NCBI GenBank assembly: GCA_034003245.1
Contig: JAVEYY010000021.1
Location: forward strand, 5,852 to 69,851
Origin: Tenuifilaceae bacterium
GTDB lineage: Bacteria > Bacteroidota > Bacteroidia > Bacteroidales > Tenuifilaceae
DNA length: 64,000 nucleotides
Direction of reading: 5' to 3'
This document shows, one piece after another, positions 18,426 through 29,419 of this stretch. The notes under the pieces were generated by a model that saw only the letters and a program-made list of their open reading frames with translations, was not told where the DNA came from and did not search any database. Made by a program: the position numbers and the translations under genes. Positions within the stretch are counted from its first letter, which is position 1; each line of letters opens with the position of its first letter.

Positions 18426-19256
18426 ATGTCTGAGATAAAAACTGCAGATATAGCCAAACTCCGCAAGCTTACAGGCGCAGGGATGATGGACTGCAAAAAA
18501 GCCCTTGAAGAGTCGAACGGCGATATCGAAAAAGCGATTGAGCTAATCCGCGAGAGAGGAAAAGCCATTGCTAATAAGCGTGCCGACCGCGAGGCTGGTG
18601 AAGGCGCAGCCCTTGCCGCCATAACTGCCGATGGCAAAAAAGGTGCAATTGTTGTACTAAACTGCGAAACCGATTTTGTGGCTAAGAACCAAGATTTTGT
18701 AGGCCTTACAACAAACATTCTGAACGCTGCTCTAGCAAATCAGCCTGCCGATATAGAGTCGCTTAAGGCGATTAAAATTGATGGTCGTCCCATCGGTGAT
18801 CTAGTAATGGATCAGTCGGGGATTACTGGCGAGAAATTCGAACTCTCCTACTACGAGAAACTCGAAGGCGAAAAAGTGGTTGCTTACATCCATCCCGGAA
18901 ACAAGCTCGCCACCATCGTTGCATTCAACAAGGGTGGTTTCGACGATCAAGTTGGTAAAGACGTTGCCATGCAGGTTGCTGCAATGAGCCCTGTAGCGGT
19001 AGATGTTGACGATGTTCCTGAGAAAATTCGCCAGCAAGAATTTGAAATTGGTCGCGAGCAAGCACGTCTCGAAGGAAAACCCGAGAATATGCTTGATAAG
19101 ATTGCCCAAGGCAAACTTCAGAAATTTTACAAGGAGAGCACCCTAATGAACCAAGATTTCATTAAGGACGGCAAGATGAGCGTAAAGGATTACCTCAAGT
19201 CCATTGCCTCAGACTTAAAGGTTATCGGATTTAAGCGCGTTTCGCTTAACGCTTAA
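18426..19256 (+). CDS. tsf: Translation elongation factor Ts
   Basis: 276 aa. IAKLRKLTGAGMMDCKKALEESNGDIEKAIELIRERG... and NCETDFVAKN. Confidence 0.95.
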   Translation: MSEIKTADIAKLRKLTGAGMMDCKKALEESNGDIEKAIELIRERGKAIANKRADREAGEGAALAAITADGKKGAIVVLNCETDFVAKNQDFVGLTTNILNAALANQPADIESLKAIKIDGRPIGDLVMDQSGITGEKFELSYYEKLEGEKVVAYIHPGNKLATIVAFNKGGFDDQVGKDVAMQVAAMSPVAVDVDDVPEKIRQQEFEIGREQARLEGKPENMLDKIAQGKLQKFYKESTLMNQDFIKDGKMSVKDYLKSIASDLKVIGFKRVSLNA

Positions 19257-19272
19257 TATCAGTATATTACTA

Positions 19273-19304
19273 AAAAAGCTACCATAACTGGTAGCTTTTT
19301 TTTT
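19273..19304 (+). terminator. Rho-independent terminator after tsf
   Basis: AGCTACCA-TAAC-TGGTAGCT hairpin followed by T9. Confidence 0.85.
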
Positions 19305-19358
19305 GCTTGTTCTGCCTATATATTATATTTTGCCGCTCATTCACCTAAAACAAATGAG

Positions 19359-22202
19359 ATGATCCTCAAAAGAATAGCTTTTACCATTGCACTGTCCCTT
19401 ATAGTTGCATCAAGTTTACACTCACAAAGCAAACCCGATGTTGTATTTGGCGAATACCGCGAAGCCCCAGCCGATACTGTATGGTATGTTCCCTACCGTT
19501 TGGTGAACCTGCAGCAGTACCAAAAGGCTTATGAAGAGTTCAAATCTATTCAAACAAGATACCTAGAGCAATCGAACTTTAAGGACTATCTTTTTGTGGC
19601 CAATCAGTACTCCTACTGGATATACACCCATCGGCAAAGGGATAAGGCGAGGGAGATTTTGCTCAATGCCCTAGATGTGGCCAAGGAACATCTGGGTGCT
19701 AATCACATCGAAATGCTAATTGGCTACTATAACCTTGCTATACTTGAGCCCAATGTGACTGATAAGATACCTTGGTACGAGGCTTTTCTCAATAACCACT
19801 CAAAAGATGACTACCCACGGTTTGGTTTTATTATCAATCGCGATATTGGGTCGAGGTACTATTCCTTAGGCCAGTACAAAAAGGCGTGGGAACACTGGGA
19901 TGCCTGTATCAATGATTTTGACATGCCCACTTCTTCCATTTCGGATCTTTACGCTGCCATTGGGGGCAATATTGCTGCCCACGATATTGAGATGGCCATT
20001 GAATATCTAACCAAATCGATAGAACTACTCGACAAGTCAAAAGACGATGTGGGTATGGAGATTATCCTTAGCGATAACATTGGCCGGTTCTACCTTCAGA
20101 ATGCCGATTACAACAATGCAATTAAGTTCTGCACTAGGGCTAACGAACTGTTAAAAAGCAACAGGGATCTCAGCGATTTTAATATGCTAAATCGTCACAA
20201 CCGATACACCACAATAATTGAATCGTACATTAGGCTTGGGGATTATGATAATGCCCAAAAATACCTTAAAGAGCTGCATGAAGAACTTTCTGGCTTTGCA
20301 AATCCTAAGATTAGCGAGGGGTTAGCAGTTTATTCCGAGAGCATGCTGTACCGAATGAGCTGCCAATACGATATGGCTAGCAAAAAGCTTGATGAGTTTT
20401 ATAAAATCTATATCGATATTTACAAAAGCCCCTTATCGCCTACCCTTGTGAACTACTATCTGGATAAGGCCGATATTTATCACAAAACTCAAAACTACAC
20501 AAAGGCAATTGCATACTACGAAAATACTTTAAAGTCCATAGGATTTAACCATTACCAAAGCATTGAAGACAACTTTAAGCTATTACCGCCCGTAAACTTT
20601 CACAACCTTTACATTCCTTACGTTCGCGATATACTTCTTAGCATGCTGGAATCCTATAGGTTAAAGCTGAACGAGGGGGCTAACGAAGCTGAGCTTCAGC
20701 ATATGTTGAAGCTTGTTGCGTATACAAATCTGATAATAAAGTACCACTATAGCGGTATTGCCGACGAACGACTGGCGATGGAGGCCAGTTCAAACCTAAA
20801 AAAATCATCATTCTATGGAATCTTTGCTTCTTGGAAACTAGCACAAACCAACAGTTCGTATATTGATACCGCTTTCGTTTTGTCCGATAGCCCCAGGGCT
20901 TTTAACCTCAATTTCCAGCGCAACATTGCACAACGCTATGCCTCGGATAGCGCTCAGCTTGAACTTAGGCGAATCTCGGAGCTAACCAATCAGATTGCCA
21001 ACCTTCAGGCCTCGGGTGACGAAAATGACATTCTATTCGATCTGAAAAAGGAACTGTACAGAGTAAAGGTAAATCTGTCGGAGAGGTACAGCGCAACCCT
21101 CGAATTTATGGACAATACGGCAAATGCTCTTGGCACGAAGACATCAATTGAGAAGACAGCAGCAGCAATTCAGTATTTCACCAAAGGTGATTCGATTTTC
21201 ATTGTGGGGGTAAACCCAAAAAAATCGGACATTCATCTTGTTACAATTAATGAGTTTAGTAGCCAAGTACAAGGGTTTACTAGAGATATTAAAACAGGCA
21301 TCAGCCAAAGCCCGTATCAAAGAGAGTTCTACGAGTTGCTCATAAAGCCCATGGAGCCAATTATTAGGGGAAAGCAAAAATTACACATTTTTGCCGATGA
21401 GAGCTTGATGGAAATTCCCTTTGAACTCTTCACTAGCCCCGATGGTGAACTTCTTATAAAAAAACATAGCATTGAGTATCTGTACACATCAAAAGGGTTC
21501 TCAAATACTGCAAGTCGAAGTAATTGGAGTTTACTGGCAATTGCCCCAACCTTTGGGGAAACAGAGTTTATTTCCCCCACCATGCTAAGCCATGCAAACA
21601 TCAACGACAAAGAGGTTTTTAGAAGCTATAACAACAGGACTATGCTTGTGCCCCTGCCCTACTCGCAGTCGGAGGTTGATGAGATTACAAAACTTTTCGG
21701 TTCGAAGAAGATACCCTACGAGCTCGTTGTTGGGACAGATGCTACCAAGTGTAAGTTTATTGAAAAAATGTCACAACACACCATTTTACACATAGCTAGT
21801 CATGGAGTCAGCGGCGACAGACACAACAGTGGTTTATTCTTTCAGGCCTCTGACAACTTGGAAAAGGATAGCCACTTCTTGAGGATGGCCGAACTGTTTA
21901 ACATTAAAACTAAAGCTAACTTGGTTGTGCTATCGGCATGCAAAACAGGCATTGGCGAAGTTTTAGAAGGCGAAGGCATGATGGCTCTTCCACGAGGTTT
22001 TATTTACGCAGGTTCTCAGAACGTAATTGCATCGCTCTGGAAGGTGCACGACCAAAAAACTAAAGAGTTTATGATACTATTCTATAACTACCTGTTGAAG
22101 GGAAACGATTACACCGAAGCCCTTAGGCTGGCTAAGTTAGAGTGCATGGCCAAAGGTTTCTTGCCCATTGATTGGGCGGGATTTATTTTAATCAAAGGGT
22201 AG
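19359..22202 (+). CDS. Secreted TPR-repeat / CHAT-domain (caspase-like) protein
   Basis: 947 aa. Signal peptide MILKRIAFTIALSLIVASSLHSQ and a long TPR-like helical region. The C-terminal CHAT block has the His (HIASHGV) and Cys (LVVLSACKTG) dyad and ends with the IDWAGFILIKG tail typical of CHAT proteins. Confidence 0.8.
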   Translation: MILKRIAFTIALSLIVASSLHSQSKPDVVFGEYREAPADTVWYVPYRLVNLQQYQKAYEEFKSIQTRYLEQSNFKDYLFVANQYSYWIYTHRQRDKAREILLNALDVAKEHLGANHIEMLIGYYNLAILEPNVTDKIPWYEAFLNNHSKDDYPRFGFIINRDIGSRYYSLGQYKKAWEHWDACINDFDMPTSSISDLYAAIGGNIAAHDIEMAIEYLTKSIELLDKSKDDVGMEIILSDNIGRFYLQNADYNNAIKFCTRANELLKSNRDLSDFNMLNRHNRYTTIIESYIRLGDYDNAQKYLKELHEELSGFANPKISEGLAVYSESMLYRMSCQYDMASKKLDEFYKIYIDIYKSPLSPTLVNYYLDKADIYHKTQNYTKAIAYYENTLKSIGFNHYQSIEDNFKLLPPVNFHNLYIPYVRDILLSMLESYRLKLNEGANEAELQHMLKLVAYTNLIIKYHYSGIADERLAMEASSNLKKSSFYGIFASWKLAQTNSSYIDTAFVLSDSPRAFNLNFQRNIAQRYASDSAQLELRRISELTNQIANLQASGDENDILFDLKKELYRVKVNLSERYSATLEFMDNTANALGTKTSIEKTAAAIQYFTKGDSIFIVGVNPKKSDIHLVTINEFSSQVQGFTRDIKTGISQSPYQREFYELLIKPMEPIIRGKQKLHIFADESLMEIPFELFTSPDGELLIKKHSIEYLYTSKGFSNTASRSNWSLLAIAPTFGETEFISPTMLSHANINDKEVFRSYNNRTMLVPLPYSQSEVDEITKLFGSKKIPYELVVGTDATKCKFIEKMSQHTILHIASHGVSGDRHNSGLFFQASDNLEKDSHFLRMAELFNIKTKANLVVLSACKTGIGEVLEGEGMMALPRGFIYAGSQNVIASLWKVHDQKTKEFMILFYNYLLKGNDYTEALRLAKLECMAKGFLPIDWAGFILIKG

Positions 22203-22256
22203 ATTGAGAATTACAAACAAGTTTTTTCATTATTTTTACACCACAAAACACTTAAG

Positions 22257-22967
22257 ATGAATAAATACAAACGGGTTCTACTCAAGCTTAGCGGCGAAGC
22301 CCTTATGGGTAACGATAGTTACGGCATTAATACAGACATTCTGAACTCATATGCACTGCAGGTTAAAGAAATTGTTGACCTAGGCGTTGAAGTTGGAATT
22401 GTGATTGGTGGCGGCAATATATTTAGGGGATTAAGCGGGGTTTCGAAAGGATTCGATAGGGTTAAGGGCGATCAAATGGGTATGCTGGCCACTGTAATCA
22501 ACAGCCTTGCGCTACAAAGCGCCATTGAAGGCAATGGTGGAAAAGCGAAGGTATTTACGGCCACAAAGATGGAACCTGTGGGCGAACTTTACACTAAAGC
22601 CAAAACCCTTGATGCATTCCAGAACGGCTATGCTGTGATTATTGCTGGAGGAACTGGCAATCCTTTCTTCACCACCGATACCGCATCGGCCTTAAGAGGG
22701 GTTGAAATACAAGCCGAAGCGCTACTTAAGGGAACCCGCGTTGATGGTGTTTACACTTCCGACCCCGAAAAAGATCCTAACGCCACAAAATATCAAACCT
22801 TAACATTCGACGAAGCCTACTCCAAAAAGCTCAAAATAATGGATCTTACAGCATTTACCATGTGCAGTGAAAACAATCTCCCCATTATTGTATTCGATAT
22901 GAATACTCCAGGAAATCTAAAAAAAGTAGTTTTTGGCGAAAATATTGGTACTTTGGTAAAAAAATAA
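22257..22967 (+). CDS. pyrH: UMP kinase
   Basis: 236 aa. YKRVLLKLSGEAL, VIGGGNIFRG, AGGTGNPFFTTDTASALRG. Confidence 0.95.
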   Translation: MNKYKRVLLKLSGEALMGNDSYGINTDILNSYALQVKEIVDLGVEVGIVIGGGNIFRGLSGVSKGFDRVKGDQMGMLATVINSLALQSAIEGNGGKAKVFTATKMEPVGELYTKAKTLDAFQNGYAVIIAGGTGNPFFTTDTASALRGVEIQAEALLKGTRVDGVYTSDPEKDPNATKYQTLTFDEAYSKKLKIMDLTAFTMCSENNLPIIVFDMNTPGNLKKVVFGENIGTLVKK

Positions 22968-22997
22968 ATATTTTTATATCCTAAAAAATACAGAACC

Positions 22998-23561
22998 ATG
23001 ACTGAAGAAGTTGAATTCTGCATAGAAGAGGCTAAGGAGCGAATGGAAAAAGCCATAGCTCATTTAGATAACGAACTCCGTGTGATAAGGGCAGGTAAGG
23101 CAAATCCTGCAATGCTATCGGGCTTAATGGTTGATTACTACGGTACATTAACTCCGCTACAACAAGTTTCGAACGTTGGAACACTTGATGCTCGAACTAT
23201 AACCATTCAGCCTTGGGAAAAATCGATGATTAACCCTATCGAAAAGGCAATACTTGCCGCCAACCTGGGCTTTAATCCTCAGAATAACGGGGAGATAATC
23301 CGAATTGCGGTTCCACCGCTTACCGAGGAGCGCCGCAAGTTACTGGTTAAACAGGTAAAAAACGAGGGCGAGAATGCACGTGTTAGCATTCGAAATGCTA
23401 GGCGTGATGCAAACGAGAATCTTAAAAAACTCCAGAAAGATGGTTTGGCCGAAGATTTAGCCAAAAACGCCGAAGCAGAAGTTCAGAAAATGACCGATGC
23501 TTATAACAAAAAGGTTGAAGAACAGCTCGAGAAAAAGGAGCAAGAGATACTAACAGTTTAA
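22998..23561 (+). CDS. frr: Ribosome recycling factor
   Basis: 187 aa. RAGKANPAMLSGLMVDYYG...PPLTEERRKLLVKQVK...VSIRNARRDAN. Confidence 0.95.
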   Translation: MTEEVEFCIEEAKERMEKAIAHLDNELRVIRAGKANPAMLSGLMVDYYGTLTPLQQVSNVGTLDARTITIQPWEKSMINPIEKAILAANLGFNPQNNGEIIRIAVPPLTEERRKLLVKQVKNEGENARVSIRNARRDANENLKKLQKDGLAEDLAKNAEAEVQKMTDAYNKKVEEQLEKKEQEILTV

Positions 23562-23564
23562 AAA

Positions 23565-23587
23565 AAAGCCGCAGATGCGGCTTTTTT
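23565..23587. terminator. Bidirectional terminator between the convergent frr and the 388-aa ORF
   Basis: AAAAGCCGCA-GAT-GCGGCTTTTTT, flanked by an A-run and a T-run. Confidence 0.8.
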
Positions 23588-24752
23588 AAACTCTTTCCAA
23601 TTTGAGAAGTCGTGCTGCAAGGTCTAATCCCATCTGGAAATTTCCCGGGATTATAAGATGATGATTACCTAAAGGATTATTCATAAAGTAATCGCAAACT
23701 TTATCAGAAACTTCAACAGCCAGCTGAGTTCTACAAGCCATCTTTTGATATGGAACCTCAACCGCTCGACCAACACCAATAAAAATTCGGGTTAGTGTAT
23801 GATCTAACCTTAAAATGGTTACCTCCTGCGCCTTTAACACACCCTTAATGGCCAATCCCTTACCTGTTTCGTAATGAGTATCAATCTCAAACTTTTTAAG
23901 CAAGTTTGCGGGTATTGTGCAATGCGAGAATAAAATTTGACCGCCATTCACGCTGGTTGTGTTGGCAATCCAAGGAACAACGCCAAAGAGTTCTTTTGTG
24001 AGCATCATGCCGAGCATGCTACACGTGTCGCCTTCGCAACCAGCAGGAATTCCGTCCATTGAGAGTTTGGATAGAGCCAGACATGCAGTTGTTTTTCGGG
24101 ATGTAACGAGCGAGAAACACTCTACCGTAAGAGCTTTCAGCTCGTAATCCTTAATCTGTTTCGAGAGAGCCTCATAAACTTGACCGGAAGCTAGCAGCTC
24201 CTGTAGGTGGGCATTACGAAAAAAAGCTGTAAACTCAGGCGCTACATCTTTAAAGGCATTAATATCAATTTTGCTCCACGGAATATCTATTTGATCGATG
24301 CCCATTTTAGTTTTTATTACAAAGGGGTCGATGTTAGAGTTAACCAGCCAGTCGGAGGGCTCTCCGATTAATCCAAAACGTTGTCCCTTGAGCCTTTGCA
24401 GTCCCCTTTTTACAGCATATAGGCTGCTTATGTACTCTATGGATTTGGGATCAGAAAAATCGACTAAAATGCTTGAGATGTTATTCTGATTCATCCAAGC
24501 CTTAACCTCCGTTGCTGCCGCCCACGAGTTGTCGGCTCCAGTAGCAAGCAGCAGATAAAAGCCATACTCCCGAACCGATTGTAATGCTACACGTTCTGAA
24601 CCTCCGGTAAGAAAAACAAGGATATCTGGATCCTTATCCACGTATTCCACCCGCTCGTGATGAAACAACTTTTGGAGTTTCTTCTTTCCTCTGGAGTAAA
24701 TATTTAACTCAGCGGCTGGGAAGGCCAGCAATTTTGCCCTCAGCTTATCCAT
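23586..24752 (-). CDS. Hypothetical protein, possibly L-fucose/L-arabinose isomerase-like
   Basis: 388-aa uninterrupted ORF. IPAGCEGD and LGNHHLIIPGN blocks recall the FucI/AraA-like superfamily. The assignment is tentative. Confidence 0.4.
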   Translation of the reverse strand: MDKLRAKLLAFPAAELNIYSRGKKKLQKLFHHERVEYVDKDPDILVFLTGGSERVALQSVREYGFYLLLATGADNSWAAATEVKAWMNQNNISSILVDFSDPKSIEYISSLYAVKRGLQRLKGQRFGLIGEPSDWLVNSNIDPFVIKTKMGIDQIDIPWSKIDINAFKDVAPEFTAFFRNAHLQELLASGQVYEALSKQIKDYELKALTVECFSLVTSRKTTACLALSKLSMDGIPAGCEGDTCSMLGMMLTKELFGVVPWIANTTSVNGGQILFSHCTIPANLLKKFEIDTHYETGKGLAIKGVLKAQEVTILRLDHTLTRIFIGVGRAVEVPYQKMACRTQLAVEVSDKVCDYFMNNPLGNHHLIIPGNFQMGLDLAARLLKLERV

Positions 24753-24779
24753 GGTAAAAAATGTATGATGATGTAAAAC

Positions 24780-25943
24780 CTACTGCAAGGAATTCGAAAT
24801 ATCCATTGCAATGTCGAGATAATCGAAAATATCGGTTGGCTGGCCGCCAATGCGCACTTCGCTTCGCAGGTGGCCGAGGCGAACTGCAACGATATCCAAA
24901 TCGGGAATAATAAAAATGTACTGACCCAATATCCCGCGTGCAAAAATCACCCTGTGATCACGATGTGTTGTAAACCACCACTGATGACCATAGCGCTCAG
25001 TTGGAATCCCATTGAGCTCCTTGTCGGCCAGGTAAAGGGTGGGATGTAATGTTTCGTCGAGATACTTGGTGGAAATCAGCTGCTCGCCATTCCACTGTCC
25101 ATGGTTAAGGATAAGTCGGCCAATCCGTGCAAAATCGCGCGCGTTGGAGTTAAAGCAGCAGTATGCTTTTTCAATCCCGCCTTTCTTGTCGAGGCTCCAA
25201 AGGGCATCGTGCTCGGCACCAATCTTACTCCAAATCTTTTCCGACATGTATTCGCTTACTGTTTTGCCAGTGGCTTGAGCAACAATGAGCGAAAGAATCT
25301 GAGTATCACCGCTAAGGTAATTGAACTGCCTGCCAGGTTCATTTATAACGGTTTGGTCGAGCACAAGCTCCCGCAGGAATTTGCCATAATAAGCTTGGGT
25401 GGTAGTTGAGAAAAGACTGGCGTATGCCTCGTCCCAGCTAAGACCCGAACTCATGGTTAGCAAATGTCGGATAGTGATTAATGCTTTATTCCCCTCGTTA
25501 AATTCGGGGATAAAAGCACTAACTGGTTGATCGAGACTCTCAATAAATCCATCGTCGATGGCGCAACCAACCAACAGGCCAACAATACTCTTGGCCATTG
25601 AAAATGAGTTGGAGTACGAATCGATTCCATATCCATCCCAGTAAGCCTCAAAAATTAAAGCGGAATCCTTTGCCACAAGGAAGGCAACCGAACGGGTTTT
25701 GGCCAGGTTCTCAACCTGCGCGGGGGTTAGCTGGTACTTATTATACTCATCGGAGATAGCCCAGGGTTGTGCTGACCCCGTTTCAACTACCCTATTCTCG
25801 AAAATCTGGTAGTGATGAATTTTGGGCTTTTGGTACCGAAGCGCTTTTACTATGTAGTGATTATGGGGAATAGATAGAAATACACCCAAAGAAATCAGTA
25901 CCAAAGCTACAATTGCTAATGTAATTTTCCTTTTCATAACCAT
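24780..25943 (-). CDS. Serine hydrolase, beta-lactamase/PBP4*-like family
   Basis: 387 aa with an N-terminal membrane anchor. S-x-x-K motif (SMAKS) in the expected context FSMAKSIVGLLVG. Confidence 0.8.
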   Translation of the reverse strand: MVMKRKITLAIVALVLISLGVFLSIPHNHYIVKALRYQKPKIHHYQIFENRVVETGSAQPWAISDEYNKYQLTPAQVENLAKTRSVAFLVAKDSALIFEAYWDGYGIDSYSNSFSMAKSIVGLLVGCAIDDGFIESLDQPVSAFIPEFNEGNKALITIRHLLTMSSGLSWDEAYASLFSTTTQAYYGKFLRELVLDQTVINEPGRQFNYLSGDTQILSLIVAQATGKTVSEYMSEKIWSKIGAEHDALWSLDKKGGIEKAYCCFNSNARDFARIGRLILNHGQWNGEQLISTKYLDETLHPTLYLADKELNGIPTERYGHQWWFTTHRDHRVIFARGILGQYIFIIPDLDIVAVRLGHLRSEVRIGGQPTDIFDYLDIAMDISNSLQ

Positions 25944-25980
25944 TGGGTTTATTAACTAGCCTGTAAATGATTGATTTTTG

Positions 25981-27012
25981 CTAATTGTTCTCAAGAAGTT
26001 CAAGAAGCTCGTCGAGTTTTGGAGTAAGAATGATTTCAGTTCTGCGATTTCGCTGCCGCGCCTCTGCTGATCGGTTCATATCAACTGGATGGTACTGGCT
26101 CCTCCCCGACGCCGAAACTCTGGCCGGATCGATCTTGGAGTCCTGTAAAAGGATACGAACAATAGATGTTGCGCGTTTTACGCTAAGATCCCAGTTGTCG
26201 AGGAGTTCGCCACGGGGAGGGAATGGCAGCTCATCGGTATGCCCTTCGACTACAATATTTATATCGGGCGATTTTTCAAGAACTGGCACTAGTTGTCGTA
26301 AAGCCCTAGCGCCATTGGCATCAACAGTATGGCTTCCCGACTTAAACATTAGCTGCTCCTCGAGCGACACATATACCTTTCCATTTTTAAGCTTTACGCT
26401 AAGCCCTTTACCCTCGAAACCAAACAGGGCATCGGCAACGGCTCTGCGGAGAACCATAACTGCAGAGTCCTTGCGAGAGAGTATTTGCTCCATCTCAACT
26501 ATTTTCGCATTTCGCTCTTCCAAATCGTTTTTAACCTGATTAAGATAAGTCTGCATCTCCTCAAGGTTTCGTCGGCGTAAATTCAGCTGACGTTCCAACT
26601 CCTTAAGAGCATCCTGCTTTACCTGCAACTCCTCCTGGGTTGCTTGGAGCTGAGCAAGAACACGGCGTGTTTCCTGCTGGCTTCCAGCCATAAAACTTTT
26701 CTGGAGCTCCTGCAACTCTTCGTAACGGTTAGTTAGACGTTGGTTCTGATCTCTAAGCCTATTCATTTCAATTGAACGCGAGAGGCTATCGGCAGCCAGC
26801 TGTTGCACCTCAGCTTTTAAAACCTCGTACTTGGAGTTTAACTCCTTGTTATTAACCTCTAACGATTCATTCTCAATTGCCAGTTTCTCGCGCTCCTCCT
26901 CACATTTTATATTTTTATCCTGCAACGCCTGAAATTCCTTTGCAGGCACACATGCGCTTGCAAAAATGATAATAAGCCCAAGTGTTACAACAAGAATTCT
27001 ATTCGATTTCAT
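25981..27012 (-). CDS. OmpA/MotB-family lipoprotein with a long coiled coil
   Basis: 343 aa. Lipobox IFASAC, ~200 aa of heptad-rich sequence, then a C-terminal OmpA-like peptidoglycan-binding domain (VEGHTDELP...NWDLSVKRA...NRRTEIIL). Confidence 0.8.
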   Translation of the reverse strand: MKSNRILVVTLGLIIIFASACVPAKEFQALQDKNIKCEEEREKLAIENESLEVNNKELNSKYEVLKAEVQQLAADSLSRSIEMNRLRDQNQRLTNRYEELQELQKSFMAGSQQETRRVLAQLQATQEELQVKQDALKELERQLNLRRRNLEEMQTYLNQVKNDLEERNAKIVEMEQILSRKDSAVMVLRRAVADALFGFEGKGLSVKLKNGKVYVSLEEQLMFKSGSHTVDANGARALRQLVPVLEKSPDINIVVEGHTDELPFPPRGELLDNWDLSVKRATSIVRILLQDSKIDPARVSASGRSQYHPVDMNRSAEARQRNRRTEIILTPKLDELLELLENN

Positions 27013-27229
27013 ATTTGGATGTTTTGATTGTACTTGTCGGAATAATCAATTACAAATATAGCAATAATGAGTATTAATACTTTTTTATTAGTGTAGGGTA
27101 TTGTATTTTTATCAACAGGCAATTGGCCTTTAATTTATGCGTTCATTTTGCATCAAGGATACTGCCAGCAGGCGCTAACAACCTTTTGTATCTAATTTTG
27201 TTATACCTTTGTCAAAAAAAAGAATTTAA

Positions 27230-29143
27230 ATGGTTATGCCAACAAATTTTCTGCAAAGCATTAACTCACCCGACGATCTTAAGAGGTTACGGGTTGAGGA
27301 TCTTGAGAATGTTAGCAGGGAGTTAAGGCAGTTTATTATTGATGTTGTTTCGAATAACCCCGGGCACTTTGGAGCAAGTTTGGGTGTAGTGGAGCTCACT
27401 GTAGCACTGCATTACATTTTCAACACGCCAAACGACCGAATAATCTGGGATGTTGGACACCAGGCCTATGGGCATAAAATTTTAACTGGTCGCCGCGAAA
27501 TCTTTCACACCAACCGTAAGTACAAGGGGATTAGTGGTTTTCCCAAACGAAGCGAGAGCGAATACGATTCCTTCGGAACCGGTCATAGCGCCACTTCAAT
27601 CTCGGCTGGGCTAGGCATGGCAGTTGCATCGAGCCTAAAGGGCGAAAACAGGCATACCGTTGCTATAATTGGTGATGGCTCTATGACTGGTGGTTTGGCC
27701 TTTGAGGGGTTGAACCATGGAGGTACCCAGAAATCGAATCTGCTGGTTATCCTTAACGATAATAACATGGCCATTGACCCCAACGTGGGCGCGCTAAAGG
27801 AGTACTTGCTCGACATAACCACCTCGCAAACATACAATAAGCTAAAAAGTGACATTTGGAATCTTCTTGGGAAGATGAATCGCCTGGGAACTCGCTCAAT
27901 GGTTCAAAAACTCGAGAATGCATTAAAATCGGCACTACTCAAACAGAGTAATCTATTCGAATCGCTTGGTTTTAGATATTTTGGCCCGGTTGATGGTCAT
28001 GATGTTGTTTACCTTACCCAAATTCTTAACGACCTAAAAAATATACCCGGCCCCAAGTTGCTACATTGTGTCACAGTAAAAGGTAAAGGTTTTACTCCTG
28101 CCGAGGAGAACCAAACAGCATGGCATGCTCCTGGAATTTTCGACAAGGATACGGGTGAACGAATTGTGCTAAAATCTGATAAGCCATCACCGCCTCGCTT
28201 TCAAGATGTTTTTGGCCACACCATGGTGGAGTTGGCAAAACAAAACGAAAAAATTGTTGGTATAACACCCGCAATGCCCAGCGGATGCTCCATGAACATA
28301 ATGATGGAGACAATGCCCGACAGAACCTTTGACGTTGGAATTGCCGAGCAGCACGCCGTAACCTTTGCCGCAGGATTAGCCGCCGAAGGCCTAGTTCCAT
28401 TCTGCAATATATACTCGTCGTTTATGCAGCGAGCCTACGATCAGGTTATTCACGATGTTGTTCTGCAAAACCTAAACGTTGTTTTCTGCCTCGACAGAGG
28501 TGGACTAGTTGGTGAGGATGGAGCCACACATCATGGGGTTTTCGACATTGCATATATGCGAACAATACCAAATGTAACTATTTGCTCTCCCTTAAACGAA
28601 GAGGAACTGAGAAACTTGATGTATACTGCTCAACTACCCAACATGGGTCCATGGAGTATTCGCTACCCAAGGGGAAACGGCTCGATGGTTGATTGGCAAA
28701 CGCCCATGAAACAAGTTGAGGTTGGAACGGGGAGAATTCTCAGCGAGGGAACAGATATCGCCATTTTGTCGTTTGGTCCATTGGGAATAATAGCATCTCA
28801 AGCCGTGGAGAAGTTAAAAACTAAAGGGATAAGTGCGGCACATTACGATATGCGTTTTGTGAAACCCATCGACACAAATATCCTAACACAGGTTGGCAAA
28901 CGTTTTAACACGATTATCACAATTGAAGATGGCGCAATCCAAGGTGGATTCGGTTCGGCAGTATTGGAATGGTTAAACGATAACGGATACCAAACCCGAG
29001 TGATTAGGATGGGAATACCCGATCGCTTTATAGAGCATGGAACACCTCAGGAACTTTACCGCGAATGCAGTATTGATGCCGAAAGTATATACAAAACCGC
29101 CCGCAGTATTGTTGCGCCAAAGATGATTGGCAAGGTTGTGTAA
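27230..29143 (+). CDS. dxs: 1-deoxy-D-xylulose-5-phosphate synthase
   Basis: 637 aa. [69 protein letters not shown]. Confidence 0.95.
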   Translation: MVMPTNFLQSINSPDDLKRLRVEDLENVSRELRQFIIDVVSNNPGHFGASLGVVELTVALHYIFNTPNDRIIWDVGHQAYGHKILTGRREIFHTNRKYKGISGFPKRSESEYDSFGTGHSATSISAGLGMAVASSLKGENRHTVAIIGDGSMTGGLAFEGLNHGGTQKSNLLVILNDNNMAIDPNVGALKEYLLDITTSQTYNKLKSDIWNLLGKMNRLGTRSMVQKLENALKSALLKQSNLFESLGFRYFGPVDGHDVVYLTQILNDLKNIPGPKLLHCVTVKGKGFTPAEENQTAWHAPGIFDKDTGERIVLKSDKPSPPRFQDVFGHTMVELAKQNEKIVGITPAMPSGCSMNIMMETMPDRTFDVGIAEQHAVTFAAGLAAEGLVPFCNIYSSFMQRAYDQVIHDVVLQNLNVVFCLDRGGLVGEDGATHHGVFDIAYMRTIPNVTICSPLNEEELRNLMYTAQLPNMGPWSIRYPRGNGSMVDWQTPMKQVEVGTGRILSEGTDIAILSFGPLGIIASQAVEKLKTKGISAAHYDMRFVKPIDTNILTQVGKRFNTIITIEDGAIQGGFGSAVLEWLNDNGYQTRVIRMGIPDRFIEHGTPQELYRECSIDAESIYKTARSIVAPKMIGKVV

Positions 29144-29241
29144 ACCAAACAAATCTTTTTTTATAAACTTTGATGCTGGGCACTCTTGCCCAAACCAAAA
29201 AAACCAGTTATATTCGCACTCCCAAAGAAACACTACCATTT

Positions 29242-29325
29242 GCCCGGATGGCGGAATTGGTAGACGCGCTGGTCTCAAACACCAGTGATAGCAATATCGT
29301 GCCGGTTCGACCCCGGCTCCGGGTA
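29242..29325 (+). tRNA. tRNA-Leu (anticodon CAA), long variable arm
   Basis: GCCCGGA acceptor stem, anticodon stem CTGGT/ACCAG with loop CTCAAAC, variable arm TGATAGCAATATCGT, T-arm GCCGG-TTCGACC-CCGGC. Confidence 0.95.
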
Positions 29326-29332
29326 CACCAAC

Positions 29333-29368
29333 AAGCCTTTAGCCATTAACTGGTTAAAGGCTTTTTTT
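29333..29368 (+). terminator. Rho-independent terminator after tRNA-Leu
   Basis: AAGCCTTTA...TAAAGGCTT stem followed by T7. Confidence 0.8.
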
Positions 29369-29419
29369 ACATATCGATTTCTTATCTTTACTGCGCATAT
29401 CTTTTAAATATTCCGTTCC

